Position numbers and translations under genes: made by a program. DNA of 64,000 nt from the human T2T-CHM13v2.0 reference genome, Homo sapiens. The notes below the pieces were generated by a model, which was given only the letters and a program-made list of their open reading frames with translations, searched no databases and had not been told where the DNA came from. This document shows positions 1 through 22,580 of this stretch, one piece after another; positions within the stretch are counted from its first letter, which is position 1, and each line of letters begins with the position of its first letter. The stretch is from the NCBI RefSeq assembly GCF_009914755.1, contig NC_060931.1; one strand, written 5' to 3'.

Positions 1-535
<535 letters not shown>

Positions 536-536
536 C

Positions 537-831
537 CCAGGCATAGTGGCTCATGTCTGTAATCCCAGCACTTTGGGAGGCCGAGGCGGGCAGATCACGA
601 GGTCAGGAGTTTGAGACCAGCCTGGCCAACATAGTGAAACCCCATCTCTACTAAAAATACAAAAATTAGCCGGGCATGGTGGCACGGACCTATAGTCCCA
701 GCTTACTCGGGAGGCTGAAGCAGGAGAATCACTTGAACCGGGAGGTTGTGGTGAGCTGAGATTGCACCACCGCACTTCAGCCTGGGCAACAGAGTGAGAC
801 TCTGTCTCAAAAAATAATAATAATAATAATA
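537..831 (+). mobile_element. Alu (S-type), inserted in the L1 tail
   Basis: Full dimer with TACTAAAAATACAAAAATT linker and (TAA)n tail. Confidence 0.95.
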
Positions 832-1431
832 AAATTAAGTTAAAATTTAAATTTAAAAATTGAATAAAAAATTCAATATATGTGTGCTACTAAGGGGGCT
901 ATACTTGGAGAATAAACACAGATTTAATATGTTCTAAATGGGTTCCATCTAGTTTAGTTCTCTCACGGTAGAGGGGAAACAGGCACAAACATCATTAACC
1001 CACTACTCAAGGTACATGGCTGAAAGAATGGCAAAGCTAAGACAAAAGACTGATTATCTTGAGTCTCGTTGCCATAAGATTTTAAGTGTATGTGGTACCT
1101 AGGGAAGGTGTTGGCTCATGGAGGGCAACTTTTCTTCCAACCACTGAATGCGGACTGTGTCCTGCAAGACAAAATAATAGGGTGCTTCTGTTGCCAGTGG
1201 GCCAGTTCAGGTTCTAGACTTTTGCCAAAGAATTTGAGAGGAAGTCCAAAGTAAAAGTAAGCAGGAGAGTTTATTGCAAAGAAAAAGTATACTCTGAAGG
1301 CTAATCAGAGCGGGATGCTCAAACATGAGACAGCCCTGTTTGATCCTGGGAGATCTCCCCTTTATGGGAGATTTACATGATGATTCACGGAGCAGTAGAA
1401 AGGGGTGTTGCCCTTAAGTATGTTATAGGTG

Positions 1432-2056
<625 letters not shown>

Positions 2057-2650
2057 ATGTGCAGTGGCTGTATATGCTACTACATACATTGTATGTCTCA
2101 TTAGCATTTAAAATCTCCACCCAGGAGTGTGTTTTTTACTATTACAATAAGCATAGGTCAGCCCAAGGACACTAATCATGGGTTTCTGTGTTTGCACAAA
2201 TTTGAGGACTTTGCCTTCTGTTCTCCTACTTTGCTACAGGATGTTCTAACCACAAGCTCAGAATGCAGTCTGTGCAATGTTGGGTTGTTTGTGCTTTCCA
2301 TCAATTTGACAAGTTTTTAAATTTTTATTTCCCATTGAGGGAGGCTATGATCACCCTACCTAACCTATCTCACTTCCAAGAGGCACCTTTTGAAATAGCA
2401 AGGCTGAAATTGTGAGGAATGAGAGTGATTGCATAAACTCTTCAGAGGCAATAATATTTTTAATCGAGTCATAATACTTGAATGTTATCACTTATATTTG
2501 AGAGTGTGCCTGCAAGGAAAGCTTATAATGTTGAAAACTCCACGGATGGACCTCTCCCAAAAAGTAACTCATGTGGCTACGTGAAAACTAAAGTATGCCC
2601 AGCATGACTAAAAGTAAGTGCCTCCTAACTAGCAGGGTGTCAGTTGATGA

Positions 2651-3001
<351 letters not shown>

Positions 3002-3273
3002 TAGGGTCACTTTATTATACATAGAGAATAATTATTTAAAAGGAGAAGAGCCTTTGGATATCTCTAGGTTTTAGAGAATCTGTACCATTCTTTTATAACA
3101 GTTGAGTTAATGAGAGCTAGTTCAATGAGGTAATGGTTGACAAATTAATTATCACAAAGCTGGTGAGTAAATTGACCTTCATGGTAAATATAGTTTTCAA
3201 CTCTGAGAGAACAAACACTTATGGCAACAAATGGAGTTTCCTGTAAGCAATATTCACAGCCTAATAAAGGTTA

Positions 3274-3747
<474 letters not shown>

Positions 3748-3870
3748 TGCACAAAACCTCCAGTGTGTCTACACAACCATTATTAACTCAATGCTATATT
3801 AACAGCATTGATTTTTCAAAAGTGCTCCTATCCAAAGCTTCTGAAGTTTCAGTTAAAATGTTTGCCAAAC

Positions 3871-4170
<300 letters not shown>

Positions 4171-4568
4171 GTTTGCCAAACAAATCTCATGGCTTCTGAC
4201 TTTAAGTTCAATTTTAATTAAGGCCGAATCCAAAGTAATTAGAAATCACACAAATTTATTTTTTTTCTCCTGATCTTTGCTTTTTCTCGTACCACCCCAT
4301 GATCACCCCGCACATAGGTGGAATTCAGGACTTCACTTAACAGCCATTTCTTTACTTTACTGTGTTGCTTCTCCTGAATTGGGTACATTTGCTTATCAGG
4401 TCCAGCTAGCTACCGGCTAATCAATACCAATTATAGAAGAGCAGAAAGAGGCATCCAAATTTCTCATTCCAATGTTAGCATCACTGACAAATTTTCTGGT
4501 ATCTTAAGAATTAATAAATTACTGTTGTTTCTCCTGGAAGTCACTCAGGCTGCCAAAGTGAATTAATA

Positions 4569-5274
<706 letters not shown>

Positions 5275-5636
5275 CCTAATAGAAATTTAAAAACAAAAGC
5301 ATTCAATGAGGAGAATGCACCATTGTCTTGGGTGAAAAATGAAGACAACTGCTGATAAGCAAGCATCTTTGGGAGGTCATTTTATCTATTCTACCTTGGC
5401 TGGAGAACACTGACCTTGGCAAACAAACCAGAGTTTAGATCTTATGAGTTGTGTCTCTTTAGGGTCACTATCTGACCCTCCAGATGGATTTGCACATTGA
5501 CATAAACTGTTCATTCAGCAAAACTGGTAGGAGTAACTTATAGTTTACAACATGTAAAAGTTGCTGGCTTTGAAGGTTTAAATCTCCCATGAAGAGCACA
5601 CTGCTTTGCAGCTTCTTTTAAGACCTCTGCAATGTG

Positions 5637-6757
<1,121 letters not shown>

Positions 6758-6821
6758 GCAGAAAAGCTGAATTCTTCCCCTTCCTGAGCTTTTCCCAGAG
6801 AATTGAAGGGAAAACCATCTC

Positions 6822-7050
6822 TTTTTTTTCCCAGATTTATTGAGATAAAATGGACTAATAAAAATCATATATATTCCAGATGTCCAGCATGATGTTTTGA
6901 TATACATATACATTGTGAAATGATGATTGCAATCAAGCTAATTAACATATTCACCTCATATAGTTATTTTTGCGTGTGTGTATGTGTGTAGTGAGATTAC
7001 TTAAGATCTACTCTCTTTACAAATTTCAAGCATGCAATACATTATTACTA
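6822..7050 (-). mobile_element. L1MA-type LINE-1 3' end
   Basis: TTTATTGAGATA...CATTGTGAAATGAT...ATCAAGCTAATTAACATAT...TAAGATCTACTCTCT; flanked by GAAAA(C/T)CATCT TSD-like repeat. Confidence 0.82.
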
Positions 7051-7065
7051 AAGAAAATCATCTTA

Positions 7066-7370
<305 letters not shown>

Positions 7371-7696
7371 CACAACTTTTGTGAGTGTGTATGTGTGTAT
7401 TGAGATTACGTAAGATCTAGTCTGTCTGCGAATTTTAAGTGTGCAATGTATTATTATTAAAGGAAATCCTCTTAAGAGATATTTATGTAGATGTGTGTCA
7501 TAGAAAACCCTTCTTGAGATGGCTCTGCCTACCTTTCCCATCGCATCTTCTGTCCCCGTCCTGCATCCACCTATTGTCTATTGTTAAGTGTCCTGTGTGT
7601 GCTGCGTTTCTGGACCCCTCCATGCTTCTCCTGCTGCTGTTCCTTCTTCCTGGACTGTGCAACCTGCTAAAGGCTTACAGTTGACCACCTAAGGAT

Positions 7697-7791
7697 TGTT
7701 TGCTCGCTCTTTCTTTTCTCTCTCTCTTCCTTCCTTCCTTTCTCTCTCTCTCTTTCTTTCTTTTCTTTTTTCTTTCTTTTCTTTTTCTTTT

Positions 7792-7859
<68 letters not shown>

Positions 7860-8655
7860 TCCTTTCTTTCCTTCTCTCTCTCTCTTCTTCCTTGCTTTCC
7901 TCCTTTCCCTTCCCTTCCCTTCCTTCCTACCTTATTTTCTTGGATACATGTGCAGAATGTGCAGGTTTGTTACATAGGTAAAAATGTGCTATGGTGGTTT
8001 GCTGCACCTATCAACCTGTCATCTAGGTTTTAAGCCCCCCATACATTAGATATTCGTCCTAATGCTGTTGCTCCGCTTTCCCCACACCCCTAGACAGGAC
8101 CCGGTGTGTGATGTTCCCCTCCCTGTGTCCATGTGTTCTCATTGTTCAACTCTCACTTATGAGTGAGAACATGTGGTGTTTGGTTTTCTGTTCCTGTGTT
8201 AGTTTGCTGCGGATGATGGTTTCCAGCTTCATCTGTGTCCCTGCAAAGGACATGAATTCATTCTTTTTATGGCTGCACAGTATTCCATGGTGTATATGTG
8301 CCGCACTTCCTTTATTCAGTCTATCATTGATGGGCATTTGGGTTAGTTCTGTCTTTGCTATCGTAAATAGTGCTGCAATAAACATACGTGTGCATGTGTC
8401 TTTATAGCAGAATGATTTACAATCCTTCAAGTATGTACCCAGTAACGGGATTGCTGGGTCAAATGGTATTTCTGGTTCTAGATCCTTAATGTATCGCCAC
8501 ACTGTCTTCCACAATGGTTGGACTAATTTACACTCCCACCACCAGTGTAAAAGCGTTCCTATTTCTCCACATCCTCTCCAGCATCTGTAGTTTCCTGATC
8601 TTTTAATGATCACCATTCTAACTGGCTAGCCACATGCAGAAAACAGAAACTGGAC
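7697..8655 (-). mobile_element. L1PA-type LINE-1, 5'-truncated with short 5' inversion
   Basis: Minus ORF 8146-8616 is the ORF2p C-terminal domain ([18 protein letters not shown]...[10 protein letters not shown]); TSD GACCACCTAAG(G/C)AT at 7683-7696 and 8653-8666. Confidence 0.95.
7700..7940 (+). repeat. (CTTT)n/(CT)n/(CCTT)n microsatellite derived from the L1 tail
   Basis: Direct reading; lies between the TSD and the L1 3' end. Confidence 0.92.
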
Positions 8656-8875
8656 CACCTAAGCATCTTTCAATTGCTAGCCCCCTCTGATGGTTTGAAT
8701 AGATTACCCTGTCCTTTCTGCCACCACAGGTCTTAGCACAGCAAACTGTGCTCAAATCACTGCCCAAATCAGAGAGGGCTTTCTGACTCCGTTATGAAAG
8801 AGGACTTGTGTATTTATGTCTTGATATCCACCACACTAGTGATTATTAAGTCTGTTACATTATATTGAATACCTA

Positions 8876-10228
<1,353 letters not shown>

Positions 10229-10325
10229 GGAGTTGAAATTGCTTTGGAAATAAATCTCCTTTTGAAAAGGTCTCAAATGCAATGAACATTTACATCATGT
10301 TCAGGAATTAAAGAACATAATGTTG

Positions 10326-11109
<784 letters not shown>

Positions 11110-11349
11110 TGCGCCTAGATTAGAAATATTAGTAAAGTGTGAGTATTTGGTTCTGATAATTTAGCTTTGTGCTAATTTCTAGTACAGAAAGAGGGTTGGT
11201 CTTCTGGCCCTTCTTACTCTCTAACAAGTAACTGCCCTTCTGAGTTTAGTTTCCTCTAGGGTAACTATTATACAAGTTTTGGACGAGATGGTCACTGCTC
11301 CGTAGATTTCTTCCTCTGACACCTGATATCTCTATGAACAGATGTCATA

Positions 11350-11545
11350 GTGACTCACATTTATAAAGCACTTTACAGTTTACTAAGCATTCTCAGTGCA
11401 TTCCATTTCTATAAGAACCATGTTAGATGCCTATTATCCTCTGTGTCTTACAAGTGCAGAGAAATAAGTCACTTGTCCAGGCTTTTGCTGCTGGTAACAG
11501 CCGTCTCTTGAGACCACAGGTTGAGCTTATTCTCCTATAACACAG
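11350..11545 (-). mobile_element. MIR fragment
   Basis: CATTTATAAAGCACTTTACAGTTTAC...TAAGTCACTTGTCCAGG core. Confidence 0.6.
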
Positions 11546-11698
11546 CTCCAAATTTTGTGAAGCTAAAGCCATAAAATGTTTCAGGAAGTTGACATCTGCA
11601 TCTCATTATAATAACTAATGCTATGATTTAAAATTTCTACAGAATGCCAGAACTGATGCATGATTTGACACATCAGAACACTTACAAAAATCAATCTT

Positions 11699-12117
<419 letters not shown>

Positions 12118-12958
12118 TCACTTAAGGTTATCAGTAATTGTTTCCACTATAAATATCATTCCTTGGAGAAATACAATTTATTAGAGCTAGTGGATTTAAG
12201 TGTTCGTTAATTTATTGAGATTGAGGAAAGAACTGGTTTAATTCTACTCAAAAATTAAAAAGCATAAAACACTTATGTAGTTTTGAGTGGCTGAGAATCC
12301 TGTTGAGAGAAAAAGAAGGAAGCCAACCCAATTTATGATTTTATAAAATCTGCTCTTGGTGATTCAGAATAAAGGCAGCCAAGCTGCTTCCAGCCAGTTG
12401 AGTCCCTAATCCAAGGACATTACGTTTTGTTTCTAAAAATTAGCAATTGTTTCTATTAAGAAAATACTAGTTGGAAGGTCCATGCTAAGCACATTGTGAA
12501 GTGCAAACAAGGGTGACATAGGGGATTGCGTTCAAGGATTTAGCAGTCTTGGAGGATATCAGGTCCACAGAGAATGAGGTGGGTCACGGGAGCTCAGTGC
12601 ATTTCGAAGATTTTAAAAGCAAGAATTTCCTGTATGCTTTTGGAGTGGAAGAGAAGGTTTTAATTAATGAAGTGACAATTGAGTGGCCTGTAAAGGAGGA
12701 GTGGGGTTTTAGGATGAAGAGGCATGTAAAGGAGAAACAACTAACATTTATTGAGCATCTACTATCTACCAGGTAACATGCTAAGGATTTGACACTTTAT
12801 AGAAAGACCCTTAGATAGGTCTGAAGCAGGAGTTTCCAGGGTTTGCTGGAGGAGGCTACAATGTTAGAATTGTTACAATGACTCTGTTACATAATAATGT
12901 GGTTGATAAAAAGAGTTTGTTGACCCAGTTATATTAATAGATACAAAGTTACTTTAAA

Positions 12959-13136
12959 GCCTAGGTGTAGTGGCTCACACCTGTAATCCCAGCAATTTGG
13001 GAGGCTAAGGTGGGAGGATTGCTTGAGGCCAGGAGTTTGAGACCAGCCTGGGCAACACAGCAAGACCTTGTCTCTACGAAAAATTAAAAAAATTGGTGAG
13101 GTGTGGTGGCACATGCCTATAATCCCAACTACTCAG
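12959..13136 (+). mobile_element. AluJ, 3'-truncated
   Basis: Left arm, linker and start of right arm; stops at CCCAACTACTCAG. Confidence 0.9.
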
Positions 13137-13368
13137 ATACACCTGGGAAATTGCCCTGTGCTTCATTCATTCTCACAGTAATTACTTAAGAATGGGTTGG
13201 AGTTGCTGTTTATTGCTTACCTGCATGGGTTAGACAGGCACACCTACAGGTGCATAAGCAGAGTCAGGTGATCAGATGGGTAGAAGTCAGGTGTGATTCC
13301 CACGTAGGGAATCCACCCGGTGAGTGACTGCTGTGGTCTACAGGCCTAGATTCCCATGGAAATGCTAG

Positions 13369-13737
<369 letters not shown>

Positions 13738-13906
13738 AGCTTTAAAGTAACCTTATATCTATTAATATAACTGGGTCAACAGACTCTTTTTATCAACTTA
13801 TAGATTTTATCAAAATCTATAATATACTATAAGGGTGTAAGGTTACTATATGCCCAGGTTTTAAAGTAACCTTATATCTATTAATATAACTGGGTCAACA
13901 GACTCT

Positions 13907-14219
13907 CTTTCTCTTTTTTCTTTTTTTTTTTTGAGATGGAATCTCGCTCTGTTGCCCAGGTTGGAGTGCAGTGGCATGATCTTAGCTCACTGCACGCTGC
14001 AGTCTCTGCTGCCCAGGTTCAAGTGATTCTCCTGCCTCAGTCTCCAGAGTAGTTGGGATTATAGGTGCCTGCCACCATGCACTGCTAGTTTTTGTAGTTT
14101 TAGTAGAGATAGGGTTTCACCATCTTGGCCAGGCTGGTCTTGAACTCCTGACCTCGTGATCTGCTGGCCTCAGCCTTTGAAAGTGCTGAGATTACAGGCA
14201 TGAGCCACCACGCCTGGCC
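13907..14219 (-). mobile_element. Alu (Sg-like)
   Basis: Full dimer inserted into the inverted-duplicated flank. Confidence 0.94.
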
Positions 14220-14324
14220 CCACAAACTTTTTTTCAACCACATTATCATGTAACAGAGCCACTGTAACAATCATGAATCTGAATTATTTTATTAAATCTA
14301 CACAAAAATAATTCTACCTACTGC

Positions 14325-14895
14325 TGTTGGCCAACAGCCAAAGACCACCAAGAACACAGAACAAAGTTAGATTTATTACTTGCAGCAGCAAAGAAGGCAG
14401 CACAGCATGGAAAACCATGAGGTGTCTCAAATTTGGGTGGATCACCTGAGGTCAGGAGTTCGAGACCAGCCTGACCAACATGATGAAACACCATCTCTAC
14501 TAAAAATACAAAAATTAGCTGGGCGTGGTGGCACGTGCCTGTAATTTCAGATACTTGGGAGGCAGAGACAGGAGAATTGCGTGAACCCAGGAGGCGAAGG
14601 GTGCAGAGAGCTGAGATCGCACCACTGCACTCCAGCCTGGGCGGCAGAGGGAAACTCCGTCTCAAAAAAGAAAAAAGGACGGTGTTAAGGAAGGCAGCCT
14701 CTTCAGTGCAGTCAGCCGCCTCATCCTGAAGACATGTGAGTCCATACAACATTTGTCTGTGGCTTTATTTTGGAACGTACAGATCATAGTAAGCAGGTGT
14801 TCATAGAGTTTATGTTTGGATAGGTTATGATAGACATCACAGTTTGGGCTTAGTACAGTTCTATTTGGTCTACGAGTCACAGAGTGATCTGTTGT
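14325..14895 (-). mobile_element. Old ERV LTR-like fragment, Alu-interrupted
   Basis: TGTTGG...ATTTATTACTTGCAGCAGC...AACCATGAGGTGTCTCA resembles ancient LTR ends; family unresolved. Confidence 0.45.
14432..14675 (+). mobile_element. Alu (S-type), 5'-truncated
   Basis: Starts at TTTGGGTGGATCACCTGAGG; A tail present. Confidence 0.92.
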
Positions 14896-14897
14896 GA

Positions 14898-15850
<953 letters not shown>

Positions 15851-16156
15851 TTTTCTTTTGTTTTTTTTTTTTTGAGTCAGGGTCTCACTGTGTCTCCCAG
15901 GCTGGAGTGCAGTGGCACAATCTCAGCTCACTGTAACCTCCACTTCCCAAGTTCAAGCAATTCTCCACCCTTAGCCTCCTGAGTAGCTGGGACCACAGGT
16001 ACACACCACTACACCTGGCTAATTTTTGTATTTTTTGTAGAGACAGGGTTTCACCATGTCGCCCAGGCTGGTCTCAAACTCCTGAGCTCAAAGTGGTCTG
16101 CCTGCCTCAGCCTCCTAAAGTGCTAGGATTACAGGCGTGAGCCACTGTGCCCTGCC
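15851..16156 (-). mobile_element. AluJ (Jb-like)
   Basis: TTTTTTGTAGAGAC, CTCCTGAGCTCAA. Confidence 0.92.
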
Positions 16157-16181
16157 CTGTCTGTGATTCTTAATGTGGGAA

Positions 16182-16370
16182 CAGTAGTTGTGAAAGTGAA
16201 GCCCTGGGATCAGCAGCCTCAGTGTCACCTGGGAGCTTATAAGAAATGCAGATGCCCAGGCCCCACCCAAACCTACTGACTTGGAAATGTGAGGAGTAGG
16301 GCCCAGTAATCTGTTTTAACAAGTTCTCCAGGTATTCCAATGCACACTTGCTCAAGTTGGAGAACCACTG
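16182..16370 (+). mobile_element. MER5A (hAT-Charlie MITE)
   Basis: CAGTAGTT...CACCTGGGAGCTT..AGAAATGCAGAT..CAGGCCCCACCC...GAGAACCACTG, about 190 bp with TIRs; strand nominal. Confidence 0.88.
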
Positions 16371-16417
16371 CGTTTGTGTGATGTCTGCAGGTCCAGCAGA
16401 TATTGAGTATGTATAGC

Positions 16418-16722
<305 letters not shown>

Positions 16723-17484
16723 AAGTATGCATAGCTCTTGACAAGTGTTAAGCTGTTTAAATAAAATAAAATCCCTTCACAGCTTAACAAACTCAGTAGC
16801 AGTCATGGCCGGGAATTTAGTGCTATCGTTGCAGATTAGTCCAGCCTTGTCTTATATTAAAATATGTTTCCCTGTGTCTTTGGAAATATTGAAAGCCACT
16901 ATGTACAATTAGAAAATATCAGTTTAGAAATGTACAAATCACAGTGAACTTTTTTTTCTTGTATGAGACACAAGAGACAGAGGAGGGAGGCACCTTGAGA
17001 AATTGCGTGCATGCTAATTGTGGCCTGTAGCTTCCTGGTGACAATGTTTTATTTTGCAGTCCTTTACAACTTTTATTAGAAACAAGACCTTTTTGTTACT
17101 GTTTGTTGCCCTGGGAGTTTTAAAAGAACTGATTTTCTGTCAGAAAAGATTGGAATCAATGGCAGTCTTCCCTTCTAGATAGTGCTAAAACATTTATTTA
17201 AGAGTTTAGCTGCTTGCCTGGCCTTATCTGTATTCTGAACAGCTTGTCCAATGAAATAAAATTCATTCATGCCTCTCCTCCCTGTGTTATTGACAAAGCA
17301 CACACTTTATGTGACTCGAAGCCGGAATCCTGTCTTTTGGGAAAACTTCTCTCTAAAGTTGTCTGAAAGAATTATTTTATTACACTTTTTTCGTGCTAGC
17401 TCAAGAAGACCTGAATGAGAAATTCCAGGGGCGAAGGGAAAGCAGGGGCCAGGCCTGCTCTGGTGGTTTGAGAAAGGCCAGTGG

Positions 17485-17607
17485 GGCTGGGCATAGTGGG
17501 TGGCTCATGCCTGTAATTCCAGTGCTTTGGGAGGCTGAGGCATGGAAATCACTTGAACCCAGGAGCTTGAGACCAGCATGGGCAACATAGCAAGTCCCCA
17601 TTGCTCA

Positions 17608-17659
<52 letters not shown>

Positions 17660-17910
17660 GGGCATGGTGGTGCACAGCTGTAGCCCAGCTACTCAGGAGG
17701 CTGAGGCAGGAGGATTGTTTGAGCCCAGGAGTCTGAGGCTGCACTCAGCTGTGATTGCACCACCGCACTCCAGCCTGGGCTACATAGCAAGACCCATCTC
17801 TACAGAAACAAACAAACAAAAAAAGCTGGGCATGGTGGTACATGCCTGTGATCCCAGCTACTAGGGAGGCTGAGGCAGGAGGATTGCTGCGATTGCACCA
17901 CTGCCCTCCA
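17485..17910 (+). mobile_element. Composite AluJ with A46 linker and duplicated linker/right-arm segment
   Basis: Pure A run 17611-17656; AAAAAAGCTGGGCATGGTGGT occurs twice. Confidence 0.88.
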
Positions 17911-18099
17911 TCTCCTCTCTGACCTGAGTTTTTCTTCAGAATATAGGGGTTGAGTAAACTGCTTTCCAGAATAAGGAACTCTGTGTTTCACCCCTCCTAG
18001 AAAGCTTAAAGGCTTGTTTGCATTTCTAGATACAACAGCATTTTTAATAGATCCATATAAAAGAATAGAGCTTGCTTTCTTGATGACATCTGTTCTTCA

Positions 18100-18305
18100 T
18101 TAGGTGGTAATAGCGTTGACTTCATTTGTTGTATCTTTACTGGGTGCCAAGAACTTTATACCATTTCTAATCCTGAAAACCACCTCCCAAAGCAAATAAT
18201 GCCGTTTTTACAATTTAGGAAAAACAAGGGAGTCTTAAGAGAATGAGGGATTGGCTCAACACGACATCCTTAGTAAGAGCAGATACAGGCTTTGACCCTA
18301 ATTCT
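18100..18305 (-). mobile_element. MIR fragment
   Basis: TACTGGGTGCCAAG...TAATCCT...TTTTACAATTTAGGAAAAAC degenerate core. Confidence 0.5.
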
Positions 18306-18494
18306 GGCGGGTTGAGGAAAGGGTCTTTGAATAAAAAACATTCTAACTGCAGCAAATTATGAATGAAGCAAGCTGCTACACATAGCTACAGCAAATTATC
18401 AGGCAGTCTGCTTGTCCAATAATTGTGCTGTTTAGAAATTAAGTTAAGCAAGCGGCACCTAGCTAACGATCTGGAAGAGTCAAAGAGTGAGGCA

Positions 18495-18809
<315 letters not shown>

Positions 18810-19116
18810 TTAATTTCCCATGATTTAGAAGAAAACAGATGTGTCCAGCCCAGCCTCCTCCCCTTTGTGAGTCTATGGCTCAGCCAGGAAAGGAGGCTGG
18901 GATGACCCAGCCAGGGTTGAGGGTTGAGTCCATAGATTATTCTGAGCCATCTGCTTCTCTCTGACATTGCTTTTGTCTGAGTGTTTCCTTGATGTGGAGC
19001 TTAACCAATACCTTGCTTCTTTTCTCTGCCTGATATCTCTTGCTGACACCAGAATATTTTATTGTCAGCTCCCAACATCTAGGTCTGTTCTTCAGGCTTT
19101 CTTATTGGGGTGACTC

Positions 19117-19412
<296 letters not shown>

Positions 19413-19496
19413 ATGAGGTGACTCTTTATTGGAGAACAAGTGTGGCAACTCTTCCCCTTTTAAGTCTATTCTCAGCTCCCCAGCCTCCTGCACTAT

Positions 19497-19807
<311 letters not shown>

Positions 19808-20012
19808 TGACAGAACACCCCTGCTGGTCATGGTCCAGCCTCTGCCCAGATCAACAGCAGGCCCTGGTGATGTCTAGGAAGCTCTCTGCCTCTTACCAGC
19901 AGAGAGACTCTCAGTTAGGAAATGATGAGGAATTTAGAGTCTAGTGGGCTAATAAGTCAGAAAGGGGAGACCAAGCAGATCCCTAAAACAAACGGGATCC
20001 AAGCAGGTCTCA

Positions 20013-20546
<534 letters not shown>

Positions 20547-21059
20547 TCAACCTACAGACGCCTTATAAAACCGCGATGTTCCTCTTTCTTCATACCAGGT
20601 GATGGGATAAAACAAAAACAAAACAAACAAACAAAATCCACAAACACCAGAACTAATAGCAAGCTTCTGGCCAGGGAGACATAACACTGCTATTTTCCTC
20701 TGGCAATTCTTATTGTTTTCCTGGTGTTCCCAACAGAGAGCTCCTTATTTCTACCTGCTCAGAAATAAGTAGCTTGAGGCACTTTGATGTCAAACTAGCC
20801 TAAAGACGAGAAAAAGAGCTTTCGAATCCAAGCGAAAGTAAATCCAGTGATTTTAAAATAAATGTTCTAATCAGGGACTATGTGTAGGGCTATGCTTTGA
20901 ATAATGCAGAAAAGGTAAAAGCTGGTGAAAGAGGAATTACTGTTGTAACTTGGATTTAGTTTATGTTGTGTTATTCTAAAGGAAAAATTTATATACTATA
21001 AAAATTATAAATATATATATTTTAAAAACTAGGAAACTTCACAAGCATCAGAGTTATAG

Positions 21060-21385
<326 letters not shown>

Positions 21386-21520
21386 GATAGGGTTTAAATC
21401 TTGGTTTTGCCACTTACGAAATGGGTAATTTTGGAAAAATCCTTCTCTACTGTAAGCTGCAGTTTCATTTCTTGGAGAAAATATATACTTCGTGTATTTC
21501 AGATAATAAAGATGAAATAA
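21386..21520 (+). mobile_element. MIR fragment
   Basis: GGGTTTAAATCTTGGTTTTGCCACTTAC...CAGTTTC. Confidence 0.55.
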
Positions 21521-21840
21521 GATAAGCTGGCATCTCTGACTTAGCGTGTCACTTGAAGTAGGTATTGGTTTTTCTGATGGCAGCCTTTATAAGTAAAGCT
21601 TGCTGCATCTGATTCTTTTGTTAGGCCAAAGGGTTAGGGATGCTTAGGGAATAAATATGCCAGTGTTCTTGAGCAGGAAAACAAGGTTTTAGCTTATCCT
21701 TGTGTAGCATCAGGCAACAAATGACAAAAGAGACAAAGAGAGAGAGAATGTGTGTCCTCATTGACCTATGAGCCATTTTTTGGCTCATGGGTCAAAGTCA
21801 GCTGACTCCTGCTTTGTATGTAAGAAAATGTCTTCTGTAG

Positions 21841-22148
<308 letters not shown>

Positions 22149-22495
22149 CACTTTAAAAGTTTTAATAAAATCTCATATTTGTAAATGGCTAGATTGATTA
22201 TGAGAAGAAAAGATCATTGAAATTCATGGCTGTGTGTATGTTTTAGAATCTAATTTCATGGACTTCCCTCCTTGGGAGCAGTGTACTGAAACTGTCAAAG
22301 ACCCCTTTAAGGAAAATCCTGTGTCTCAGTGCTTCAAAAACGTTATCTCTGTTACGTGCAACAGTGCCGTAAAGTTATCCTTACCTCCATTTCTCAGGGC
22401 ATTTAAAGGACTTGCCCAAAGTTCTGCAGCTAGTAAGTGGCAAAGTTCTGATGAAACGTAAGTTACCTAATCCACAGTGGACTGAGTTAACCTGC

Positions 22496-22580
22496 TTTTT
22501 TTTGTTGTTGTCTTTGTTGAGATGGAGTCTTGTTCTATCACCCAGTCTGGAGTGTAGTGGTGTGATCTCGGCTCACTGCA
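22496..22580 (-). mobile_element. Alu 3' fragment (heavily 5'-truncated)
   Basis: GAGATGGAGTCTTG...GGCTCACTGCA. Confidence 0.85.

Noticed and set aside
5461-5479. AGGGTCA-n5-TGACCCT inverted repeat resembling an oestrogen response element
   Set aside because: Spacer is 5 bp rather than 3 bp, and the motif is isolated.
8146-8616. 156-aa ORF with a real protein signature
   Set aside because: It is the L1 ORF2p C-terminal remnant of a truncated LINE-1, not a host gene.
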